From the NCBI GenBank assembly GCA_965199715.1, contig OZ241322.1:704001-768000 (forward strand): a DNA stretch of 64,000 bases. Reading direction: 5' to 3'. The notes below the pieces were generated by a model. The model was given only the letters and a program-made list of their open reading frames with translations, was not told where the DNA came from and searched no databases. The first letter of the stretch is position 1. Each line of letters starts with the position of its first letter. This document shows positions 50,921 through 59,888 of the stretch, piece by piece. A program made the position numbers and the translations under genes. Origin of the DNA: Vicinamibacteria bacterium (GTDB lineage Bacteria > Acidobacteriota > Vicinamibacteria > Marinacidobacterales > Marinacidobacteraceae).

Positions 50921-51882
50921 GCGAGAACCGCATCGGCCGGCGCCGAGCGATCCAGGGCCTCGCGGCGGGAAGCGCCGCGATCGCCGGCGGCGTCCGCGCC
51001 GCGCAGTCCGCATCGGGCGACATGGGAACCCGCTTCCAGGAGATGCTCGCCGGGCCGGATCCCGTCATCTGTCCGGGGGCCTTCGACGCCATCTCGGCGC
51101 GGCTGATCGTCGAGAACGGCTTCGACGCCGTGCTCATCGGCGGCAGCGCCGGCTCGGCCGCGAACCTCGGCGTGCCCGACTACGGGCTCGCGTCGATCAC
51201 CGAGCTCATCGAGGTCTCGGCGCGGATCGCCGACTCGGTGCCGGTTCCGGTCTTCGCCGACGCGGACGACGGCGGCGGCAGTCCGCTCGCGGTGGCGCGG
51301 GCGACGCGCGGCTTCGAGCGCGCCGGCCTCGCCGCGATGATGATCGAGGATCACGTGCAGGCGAAGCACCTCGGCGAGGGCGGCGTCCTCGTGGACGCTC
51401 CCGGCATGCAGGACCGCGTCCGCGCCGCCGCCGACGCGCGATCCGGCGGCATGATGCTGGTCGCCCGCTGCGACGCGGTCTCCATCGGCCTGAGCGAGGC
51501 GGAAGCCATCGACCGGGGCGCGGCCTACGTGGAAGCCGGCGCGGACCTCCTCTTCTTCGCCGGACTCGCGCCCGAACGCCTCGGCCCGGTCTCGCAGGCG
51601 TGCGGACGCCCCGCCATCGCGAGCGTCCACGACACGCCCATGGAGACGCTGCGGGAGAACGGCGTGCCGCTGGTCCTCTACGCCGGGCAACTGCTGCGGC
51701 TCGCGCTCGGCGCGATGCAGCGCGGGCTCGACGACATCAAGAACGGGGCGACGTGGCCCGGCTACGCCGAGCGGGCCCTTCCCGGCGACGCCTACCAGCG
51801 CCTCATCCGCTCGGGCGAGTGGCGAGACCGCGCCCGCCGCTACAACCTCGTGAACGCCTCGGGCCGCCAGACTAGGGGCTGA
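50917..51882 (+). CDS. Isocitrate lyase/PEP mutase family protein with Tat-like signal
   Basis: PGAFDAISAR, ADADDG, IEDH, ARCDA and AGADLLF motifs; N-terminal GRRRAIQGLAAG. Confidence 0.8.
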   Translation: MSENRIGRRRAIQGLAAGSAAIAGGVRAAQSASGDMGTRFQEMLAGPDPVICPGAFDAISARLIVENGFDAVLIGGSAGSAANLGVPDYGLASITELIEVSARIADSVPVPVFADADDGGGSPLAVARATRGFERAGLAAMMIEDHVQAKHLGEGGVLVDAPGMQDRVRAAADARSGGMMLVARCDAVSIGLSEAEAIDRGAAYVEAGADLLFFAGLAPERLGPVSQACGRPAIASVHDTPMETLRENGVPLVLYAGQLLRLALGAMQRGLDDIKNGATWPGYAERALPGDAYQRLIRSGEWRDRARRYNLVNASGRQTRG

Positions 51883-52095
51883 GTCCGTGGCGACCGCCAC
51901 CCCGCCGGACCAAACTAGTCGCCCCGTGTTCATCCCCGTTCGTCAAAAGGAGAGTTCACGCCCCCAAACACGGAATTCCTGACACGGCCGACAAGCGGGC
52001 GCCGGGAGCCGGAGACTGCTTGGCTCGCCGCCTGGAACCCCCGCTTCCGGCGCGTCGCGGCCTCGGAAAAGCGTGACTTTTTCGACGCCCGAAAC

Positions 52096-52130
52096 TGTGA
52101 GCTTGCCCCGCTTTCGTGGACAGTTGACTA
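52096..52130. mobile_element. Possible isolated IS3-family terminal inverted repeat
   Basis: TG...TGCCCCGCTTTCGTGGACAGTTGA resembles IS3-family ends recalled from memory; no transposase nearby. Confidence 0.3.
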
Positions 52131-52225
52131 TTTTGGATCCGCGGCGTGACGCGAGCTTCGTTCCCGCCGCCGGGCCGTGTTCCCGAGAGCCGGCCCCGCT
52201 GACGCGGACCGCTTCGAGAGCGAGG

Positions 52226-55117
52226 TCACACTCGGCGACGCGGGCGGCCCCGAGACCGGAACCGACCGCCCGGATCGGCGAGGTTGCGTCTCCGCGCCTC
52301 GGCCCGAAGCGCCGCGCCCGCACCCCGCCAGGGGTGCGGCGCGCAGGGCCGAGGCCCGTCGCCCGCTCGTCCCGCGGCTGCGCTCCCGACCCGCTCATGC
52401 CAGACGGTCAGGCGGCCATCGGTCTCGGGGTCCCATGACTCGTCCAAGTCTTCCGGCCGCAGGAGCCACACTTCGCCGCCCTTGGACTTGAGGACGCCAG
52501 CCTCGTCAAGCCCGTCCACGCTCGTGTTCTTCGCCTTGGTGAGAGTCTCGGCGATGCCGTAGTCCCCCCGGTCGAACCCGAACTGCTCGAACCACGCGAG
52601 CGCCCAGCGGGTGTCCGCGTCGAAGTCGCCCTCCTGCTCGGCGAGCACCTCGTCGAGCGTGCGGTTGATCGCGGCGAGCGCCTCCCGAACGGACATGGCG
52701 TTCCCCTCGGCGTCGAGCACCTTCCCGTAACGCGTGTACACGGCCATGCCCGGACCGATGGCCGCCTGCGCCAGATCCACCGGGGCGACGTTGCCCGACT
52801 GGAGCAGCCGAAGGGCCTGCGGAAGCTCGGAACGAAGCTCGGTCAGGAACTCCCGCCGGGTGGCGGCCGGGGCGTCGTCAGGGCGGCGCCGGCAGACCAG
52901 CACGATGGAGGAGGCGAGGGCGGCAATGTTCTTCTTGAGATTACCCGTCAGTTCGGTGCGCATCGGCCACGTACCGGTGATGGCGAATCCAGAGTGGATC
53001 GCAGCATCAAGGAAAATGTCCCAAGCCGTACTGGCCACTCCACCCTCTGCATTCCGCTCAGCTTGTTTGAAAGCGTAGTAAATCGTCACGGGGAAGTCTG
53101 GGTGTGTACGTGCTGAGATCTGTCGGAGTGCCTTCTTCATGCCTGCAAGAAAAAAGGCTTCGGCGGCCTCCCGGCTCCCATGCCGGTATGGAGTCGCCAC
53201 CAACTCCCTAGCTTTCGGCACTGCGAGCGTCGCCATTAGCTCTCCAAATCCCGATTTCAGGGAGCGCCGCAGCCAGACATAGAAGAAATCGGAGAGATCG
53301 GCGTATCCGATGTTGTCGTAATACGGCGGGTCGGTCGAGATCACAACCGTGTCAAGGTCCGGAGTTCCTGCAGCGGCGTCAAACTGACCTGCGAAACCGG
53401 GACGACAGGCGAGCACGGCCACATCCACGACTTTGGTCAGATAATCGACTTGACCTCTGAAGTTCCCGCTGGACGTGCTGAACGGATTGGCCTCGCAATA
53501 GGACCACACCATGGGGAGGGCTTGGCGAGCGAACACCTGTTGCACGTTGCCGGCGCCAGAGTCCCAGAACGTCAGCGTGGAGCTACGGTTGGCTTGGCGG
53601 CCAACTGATAGTCCAAGATACAGGGACGCCGCCTCGGCGTAGGCCGTCGCGCCGAGGCCGCCGTCGCGCAGAGGGCGGTCGTCGTCGGGGAGGCCGGCCG
53701 AGGCGGCGTCATCCCGGATTCGCGCGCGGGCCTCGCCGACGAGGTCCGAGAACGTCGTCAGGGCCACGAGCTGGCGATCAGTGAAGAGGTCGCGCCACTG
53801 AAGCATCCCGTATTCCTGAACCCGAAAACCGAGAGCTCTCTGGGGGAGATCGGTGTCCGGCTCCCACGCCGGCGCCGCGTTGCGGGCTGCCCGTTCCTGC
53901 GCCGTGGTCGGAGTCAAGTACACGCGGCCGCGGTCGCCCTCCGCGACGACCGCGAGGAGGCGCGAACCGAGACGGCCCGCCTTGCCTTCCCCCCGCAGGT
54001 AGTCGAACGGCATCGGCGAACCGGAGATGAGGCATTTGAACGGACTCCCGCTTCCCCCTACCTTGGTCCCGCGCTTGATCCCCCCGTCCGTCGGGGGGCC
54101 GACGCGCACGCGGAACCGATAGTCCCGGCCCTCGACCGCCGGCTCCACCCACGCCTCCTTCCCCTTCTTCGTCGACAGCATGAACGTCGACGCCAGCGGA
54201 ACCTCCACGTCACCGAACGCCGGGTTCGGGCTCCTTACCGTCCGCGCCCACAGCCACGCGATCACCGTCAGCTCCCGCCCCTCGTACGCCTTCAGGTCCG
54301 GACGCTCCCGAACCATCTCCGCCGTGACCTCCACCTTCGGGTACAGACGGCCGATCCGCTTCTCCGCCTCGTCCCGCATCCACTTCCCGTAGTACCGGAC
54401 GTCCTCGGCGAGGCCGGTCGCTCCCGGCCACGCCTTCGCAACCACCGTCTGCTTCGCCCGGGAGTCCGGGTTCACCGGCGGCCTCCCCGCGAACTTCGGC
54501 GGGATCTCGATCATCGCCTTGTTGATGAGCACCGCCACCGGGTTCAGGTCGGAGGCGTGCGCCTCGAGGCCGAGCCGCTGCGCCTCCAGCGGCAGCGCCC
54601 CGCCCCCGGCGAACGGATCGTGGAAGGCCGGGAGCCGGTTGCGGTCGAAGAGCTCGTCCGCCCGGGGGTGGTCCGCGTTCTCGGCGCAGGCCCTTCGCCA
54701 GCTCTCCCGGATCTCCGCCCGCGCCGCCTCCAGCACCGTCTCGTTGGCCGTGTTCTCCCACTTGACCAGGTCCTCGACGATGCGGAACAGCCGCCGGCGC
54801 TCCCGCTCGGCGGCGGCCTCGGCCAGCGCCGTCGGCGTCGCCTCCCGCCCCCGCTTCTTCAACTCCCGCCTCGCGGCCGCCCGCGTGGGGCCGTCCGACA
54901 GCAGCGCGTCCGCGTACTCCGACGGGTCGTCCACCATCTGCGCGAAAATCACCGCGCGGGCCACCGCCAGCGGCTTGCGCGACCACCACAGGTGCAGCGT
55001 CGAGGGGTGGCCGTGGCGGATCGACTTCTCGCGGGCGCCGGCGGCGTTGATCTCGTCGAGCGGCAACGCCACCTCGATCAGCTTGCGGCGATGACGGGGG
55101 GAGTCCGAGGCGGCCAT
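52226..55117 (-). CDS. DUF1156 adenine-specific DNA methyltransferase, copy A (3'-truncated; homology ends at 52400)
   Basis: [25 protein letters not shown] (SAM binding) and TDPPYYD (catalytic); lacks the last ~83 codons present in copy B. Confidence 0.88.
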   Translation of the reverse strand: MAASDSPRHRRKLIEVALPLDEINAAGAREKSIRHGHPSTLHLWWSRKPLAVARAVIFAQMVDDPSEYADALLSDGPTRAAARRELKKRGREATPTALAEAAAERERRRLFRIVEDLVKWENTANETVLEAARAEIRESWRRACAENADHPRADELFDRNRLPAFHDPFAGGGALPLEAQRLGLEAHASDLNPVAVLINKAMIEIPPKFAGRPPVNPDSRAKQTVVAKAWPGATGLAEDVRYYGKWMRDEAEKRIGRLYPKVEVTAEMVRERPDLKAYEGRELTVIAWLWARTVRSPNPAFGDVEVPLASTFMLSTKKGKEAWVEPAVEGRDYRFRVRVGPPTDGGIKRGTKVGGSGSPFKCLISGSPMPFDYLRGEGKAGRLGSRLLAVVAEGDRGRVYLTPTTAQERAARNAAPAWEPDTDLPQRALGFRVQEYGMLQWRDLFTDRQLVALTTFSDLVGEARARIRDDAASAGLPDDDRPLRDGGLGATAYAEAASLYLGLSVGRQANRSSTLTFWDSGAGNVQQVFARQALPMVWSYCEANPFSTSSGNFRGQVDYLTKVVDVAVLACRPGFAGQFDAAAGTPDLDTVVISTDPPYYDNIGYADLSDFFYVWLRRSLKSGFGELMATLAVPKARELVATPYRHGSREAAEAFFLAGMKKALRQISARTHPDFPVTIYYAFKQAERNAEGGVASTAWDIFLDAAIHSGFAITGTWPMRTELTGNLKKNIAALASSIVLVCRRRPDDAPAATRREFLTELRSELPQALRLLQSGNVAPVDLAQAAIGPGMAVYTRYGKVLDAEGNAMSVREALAAINRTLDEVLAEQEGDFDADTRWALAWFEQFGFDRGDYGIAETLTKAKNTSVDGLDEAGVLKSKGGEVWLLRPEDLDESWDPETDGRLTVWHERVGSAAAGRAGDGPRPCAPHPWRGAGAALRAEARRRNLADPGGRFRSRGRPRRRV
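53616..53791. repeat. Inverted repeat block C2, left arm (176 bp)
   Basis: 3 mismatches against the reverse complement of 59713-59888 (hand count). Confidence 0.92.
54081..55090. repeat. Inverted repeat block C1, left arm (pairs with about 58430-59436)
   Basis: Near-identical reverse complement over about 865 bp (54081-54945 vs 58571-59436); more diverged in the first ~140 bp of the genes. Confidence 0.92.
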
Positions 55118-55127
55118 CGCGGCTGGA

Positions 55128-56204
55128 CTACCGGCGGGCCGCCGCGGTCAGGAACACGCGCGCGCCGTCAACCGCCGCGACGAGGCGATCCCCGGGCGCG
55201 AGGCCCGCCGCCGCCACGACGCTCGCGGGCAAGGTCACCTGGTTTCCGGCGCGAAGCCTCGTGACGCGCATCGCCGCCGCCTTTCGCCGATCAAGCGGTC
55301 GGATTGTACGGCCCGCGGTCCGCGAGGGAGCGGTTCCGGCGAGAAGCGCGGACACCGCGCTTCCCACGCGCTCCGCCGCCGCCTCGACCTCCTTGTCGCT
55401 CACGTGCGCGTAGCGCATGGTCATCCGGGGCTGGGCGTGCCCGAGCAGGCGCGAGACGACCGGCAGCGGCACGTCGTTCATGACCGCGTGGCTCGCGAAC
55501 GTGTGGCGGAGGTCGTGGAGGCGAACGTCCGGGATTCCCGCCGTTCGCCTCACCTTCCGCCACAGCGAGAGTTCGGCGGCGCGGGGACGGGTGGGGTCCG
55601 AGAGCGACGGGAACGCGAACTCGCTTCCGGTCCGCGGCTGCCGCGCGAGGATCGACCGCGCCCGGGCGTTCAGGACGACCGTGCGCGGGCCGGTCTTGGC
55701 GTCGGCGAGGCGGAGGGAGTCCTCCCCGACCTCGGACCAGCGCAACCCGACGATCTCGCCCTTCCGGCAGCCGGTCAGCAGGAGCAACCGGATGATCTCG
55801 GCCTGCTGCCGCCCCGAGCCGCGTCCCCGGTGCGCGTCCAGCGCGGCGAAGAGACGCCGGATCTCGTCCCGCGACAGGAAGCGGGTGAGCCTCGGGCGCG
55901 GGTTGGGCCGCACGCCCCGGGTCGGGTTCTTCCCGACGTGGCCGCAGGCGACGGCGTGGTTGAAGATCTGGCGCAGCACGTCGAGCGTCCGGTTCGCGCC
56001 CGCCGGGGCGGTCGCCCCGTAGCGGTCGAACCACCGCAGGACGTCGCGGCGGCGGACGCGGTCCAGCCGCCGCTTCCCGAACGCCGGCAGCAGCTGGGTC
56101 CGCAGCGCGCTGTCCATCCGGACGCGAGTGGAGGGCTTGCAGCGCTCGTAGCACGCCGCTCTCCATTCCGTCTCCACGAAGCGTCCGAACGCGGGCGCGG
56201 TCAA
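55128..56204 (-). CDS. Tyrosine recombinase with C-terminal AbrB/MazE-like domain
   Basis: TGCRKGEI, DAKTG, RLHDLRHTFAS and LLGH...TMRYAH motifs; in-frame tail MRVTRLRAGNQVTLPASVVAAAGLAPGDRL (55128-55271). Confidence 0.9.
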   Translation of the reverse strand: MTAPAFGRFVETEWRAACYERCKPSTRVRMDSALRTQLLPAFGKRRLDRVRRRDVLRWFDRYGATAPAGANRTLDVLRQIFNHAVACGHVGKNPTRGVRPNPRPRLTRFLSRDEIRRLFAALDAHRGRGSGRQQAEIIRLLLLTGCRKGEIVGLRWSEVGEDSLRLADAKTGPRTVVLNARARSILARQPRTGSEFAFPSLSDPTRPRAAELSLWRKVRRTAGIPDVRLHDLRHTFASHAVMNDVPLPVVSRLLGHAQPRMTMRYAHVSDKEVEAAAERVGSAVSALLAGTAPSRTAGRTIRPLDRRKAAAMRVTRLRAGNQVTLPASVVAAAGLAPGDRLVAAVDGARVFLTAAARR

Positions 56205-57082
56205 GACCGCGGGTCGAGCGCGGCTCCGACGGCCTCGGCCGCGTCGCGGATCATCGGGTCGGCGACGTGGGCGTAGCGGAGCGTCGTCGAGGGCTCGAGG
56301 TGCCCCAGCAGCCGCCCGATGGTCAGCAGCGTCTCGCCCCGGCGCAGCGCGAGGCTCGCGAAGCTGTGGCGCAGGTCATGGAGGCGGAGGTCGGGAAGGC
56401 CCGCCTCGTCCCGGACTGCCCGCCAGCAGCGGTAGAGGGTCTCGTCGGCCATCGCGCCGGCGCCGCCCGGAGCGGGGAACGCCCAGTCCGCGGTTCGCGG
56501 CACGGCCTCCAGCAGCGACCGCGCCTCGGAACAAAGCCAGACGGCGCGCGGCCCGACCTTGCCGTCGCGAAGATGCAAGTGCCCTTCCCGGAGCTCCGAC
56601 CAGCGCAGGGTTCGGATCTCGCCCTGCCGGCAGCCGGTCAGCGCCAGCAGGCGAATGACCGCGACCGGAAGCGGCGCGACGTCCCGTGAGCGGTCGAGCG
56701 CCATCCCGAGCCGCCGGAACTCCGCGTCGGTCAGGAACCGGGACCGCCCGCGCTCGCGGAACCGCTTCAGCCCGACGCAGGGGTTGCTGTCCTCCGCGCG
56801 GTGGCCGTAGAGCTCCGCCTGCCGGAGGATCACCGACAGGATGGGAAGCGACCGATTCGCCGCCGCCGGCGTGTCCCGAAGTCCCGCGAACCAGCGCTCG
56901 ACCTCGCCGCGGTCGATGTCGGCGACGGGGCGATCCCGGAACCACGGCAGGATCCGGCAGCGCAGGTACGCCCGGTTCACCTTGGCGGTGCGGGGCTTCC
57001 AGCGGGAGCCGTATCGACGGAAGACCTCCTCGGCGACGGCCTCGAAGAGGGGGCTGCGGGGTCTGGTACGGTTCGCCGGCAT
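56201..57082 (-). CDS. Tyrosine recombinase (no arm-binding domain)
   Basis: TGCRQGEI, DGKVG, RLHDLRHSFAS and LLGH...TLRYAH motifs; ATG at 57082; 4-bp overlap with the next recombinase. Confidence 0.9.
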   Translation of the reverse strand: MPANRTRPRSPLFEAVAEEVFRRYGSRWKPRTAKVNRAYLRCRILPWFRDRPVADIDRGEVERWFAGLRDTPAAANRSLPILSVILRQAELYGHRAEDSNPCVGLKRFRERGRSRFLTDAEFRRLGMALDRSRDVAPLPVAVIRLLALTGCRQGEIRTLRWSELREGHLHLRDGKVGPRAVWLCSEARSLLEAVPRTADWAFPAPGGAGAMADETLYRCWRAVRDEAGLPDLRLHDLRHSFASLALRRGETLLTIGRLLGHLEPSTTLRYAHVADPMIRDAAEAVGAALDPRS

Positions 57083-57251
57083 GAGAGCGGGAGCGATCTT
57101 GCGCCGCACTCCGATGCGGGTTCGGGGGCGCCGCCGTCGGGGCGGACGTCCAAACCGCCGGTGTTGATGCAAGGCGAGGGCGCGGCGGCTCGAAATTCGC
57201 TCACGGGGACACCCCCTGCCGAAGCGGAGTCCAGCCGGGGGACGTCCGCTC

Positions 57252-58394
57252 GTGTCTGAGCTTCGAGCACTTCTCGAACAGATTCGGCGTGGTATTGCGG
57301 ACGACGCCTAACCCAACGAGAGCGCGGTTGGCCACCAAGTCGTAGTTCCGGTGCTGCGCACGCTCGGATGGAACGTGGAGAGCCCGTCCTTCGTGCGCCA
57401 TGAGTTTCTGCTGAGGCTAAAGGACACGACGCGAAGAGTGGATTTGGCGCTTTGCGTATCCGGCGATAACCCACGTTGCATCATAGAGTTGAAAGCAACC
57501 GGGAAAGCGCTGAACGCCGCCCGCGGTCCAAGCGCGGAACATCAAGTGTTCGAGTACGCGTTCTTCGCAGGTGCGCAATTGGCGGTCTTGACGAACGGAG
57601 CCGAATGGCGCCTCTACTCTGCGCAGAGCTTCGGCCGTATTGAGGAGCGGCTCGTATGGGCGGTCAACGTCTCCAATGACTCGCCGGACGTCGTCGCGAG
57701 CGGCTTCGAGCGCTACCTCTCCTTCGCCAATGTCGCGTCTGGAGACGCCGCGGATTTCGCCAGAAGGGATCTGCGGGTGCGGCGTGACCAACAGGAGGCG
57801 AGACAGTCGATTCCGGACGCTTGGGATCAGCTCTGCCACGGCGACGCAAGCGATGTCTTGGTGGATCTCGTGAGGGAGGCGACGTCCGCGCTCGCCCAAG
57901 GCGAGCCCCGACGGGAGGACGTCGTCGCCTTTCTGCACGGGTTGACGCAACGCCCGGCGCGTCGCAAGGTTCGGAAGCCGAAGCCCGAGCCGGGCGCGCC
58001 GCGAGAGCCGCGACCCGAATGCGAGGAGAGGCGTCTCGGAGGCGGTTCAGGTTCGGTCCGTTACTCGCTCTTGGGCGAGGAACGCCGGGCCAAGAACTTC
58101 ACCGATGCGTACGTTGACGCGTTCCGAGCCTTCGCCGGTCGCGATCCGAGTTTCGTGGATCGAGCGGACCCGAGGCTTCGCGGTCGGAAGAACCGCGTCG
58201 TCGCTCGAACGAAGGAGGAGCTGGCGGAGAATTCTCAAATGAGGTCCACGGCCAGGGAGTTGCCCGGAGGTTGGTGGCTGCTGACCAAGATGAGTAGCAA
58301 GCAGAAACAGCGAGTCCTTCGAACGGCGTGCGGGACAGCCGGCATCCCGTTCGACGATCCGGCCGGGTTGAAGATCGGCGACCCGAGCGCTTGA
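57252..58394 (+). pseudogene. HsdR_N-like PD-(D/E)xK nuclease with SeqA-like C-terminal domain; in-frame TAA at 57309-57311
   Basis: Reads VSELRALLEQIRRGIADDA*PNESAVGHQVVVPVLRTLGW; VDLAL...IIELKA, QVFEYA and LTNGAEWRLY motifs. Confidence 0.7.
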
Positions 58395-58429
58395 AGGGGC
58401 GCTTCAAGGGCCGCGCCAGAATCATGGGA

Positions 58430-59436
58430 AGGAAGCTGATCGAGGTCGCCCTCCCGCTCAAGGCGATCAACGAGGCCTCGGCTCGCGAGAAGTCGATCCG
58501 CCACGGCCACCCGTCCACCCTGCATCTCTGGTGGGCGCGGCGGCCGCTCGCCGCCGCGAGGGCGGTGATCTTCGCGCAGATGGTGGACGACCCGTCGGAG
58601 TACGCGGACGCGCTGCTGTCGGACGGCCCCACGCGGGCGGCCGCGAGGCGGGAGTTGAAGAAGCGGGGGCGGGAGGCGACGCCGACGGCCCTCGCCGAGG
58701 TCGCGGCGGAGCGGGAGCGCCAGCGGCTCTTCCGCATCGTCGAGGACCTGGTGAAGTGGGAGAACACGGCCAACGAGAAGGTGCTGGAGGCGGCGCGGGC
58801 GGAGATCCGGGAGAGCTGGCGAAGGGCCTGCGCCGAGAACGCGGACCACCCCCGGGCGGACGAGCTCTTCGACCGCAACCGGCTCCCGGCCTTCCACGAT
58901 CCGTTCGCCGGGGGCGGGGCGCTGCCGCTGGAGGCGCAGCGGCTCGGCCTCGAGGCGCACGCCTCCGACCTGAACCCGGTGGCGGTGCTCATCAACAAGG
59001 CGATGATCGAGATCCCGCCGAAGTTCGCGGGGAGGCCGCCGGTGAACCCGGACTCCCGGGCGAAGCAGACGGTGGTTGCGAAGGCGTGGCCGGGAGCGAC
59101 CGGCCTCGCCGAGGACGTCCGGTACTACGGGAAGTGGATGCGGGACGAGGCGGAGAAGCGGATCGGCCGTCTGTACCCGAAGGTGGAGGTCACGGCGGAG
59201 ATGGCGCGGGAGCGTCCGGACCTGAAGGCGTACGAGGGGCGGGAGCTGACGGTGATCGCGTGGCTGTGGGCGCGGACGGTAAGGAGCCCGAACCCGGCGT
59301 TCGGAGACGTGGAGGTTCCGCTGGCGTCGACGTTCATGCTGTCGACGAAGAAGGGGAAGGAGGCGTGGGTGGAGCCGGCGGTCGAGGGCCGGGGCTACCG
59401 GTTCCGCGTGCGCGTCGGCCCCCCGACGGACGGGGG
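58430..59436. repeat. Inverted repeat block C1, right arm
   Basis: Reverse complement of 54081-55090. Confidence 0.92.
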
Positions 59437-59712
59437 CACGAAGACAGGGACAAAGGTCGCCCGAGGCAGCTTCCGGTGTCTGATGTCGGGAGTTCCCATC
59501 CGGTACGAGTACGTCCGGCACGAGGGCAAGGTCGGGCGGATGGGATCGCGGATGCTCGCGATCGTGGCCGCCGGAGATCGCGAGCGCGTGTACTTCGCCC
59601 GACGCACATACGCGGCCGGCGGAAAGCAGTGCGACCCCGTGGAAGCCTGACTGTGAGATGGGGACATGAAGCATCGGAACTTTGGGTCCCGTCTATGGAC
59701 TGGACGTTCGGG

Positions 59713-59888
59713 GACCTCTTCACTGATCGCCAGCTCGTGGCCCTGACGACGTTCTCGGACCTCGTCGGCGAGGCCCGCGAGCGAATCCGGGATGACGCCG
59801 CCTCGGCCGGCCTCCCCGACGACGACCGCCCGCTGCGCGACGGCGGCCTCGGCGCGACCGCCTACGCCGAGGCGGCGTCCCTGTATCT
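59713..59888. repeat. Inverted repeat block C2, right arm (176 bp)
   Basis: 3 mismatches against the reverse complement of 53616-53791. Confidence 0.92.

Noticed and set aside
55128-57082. Prophage or RIT element suggested by the integrases
   Set aside because: No phage structural or replication genes; only two recombinases rather than three; no tRNA target seen
59596-59650. Programmed ribosomal frameshift or simple-sequence-repeat phase variation in DUF1156 copy B
   Set aside because: No slippery heptamer or repeat tract, and several separate indels are needed to restore the protein
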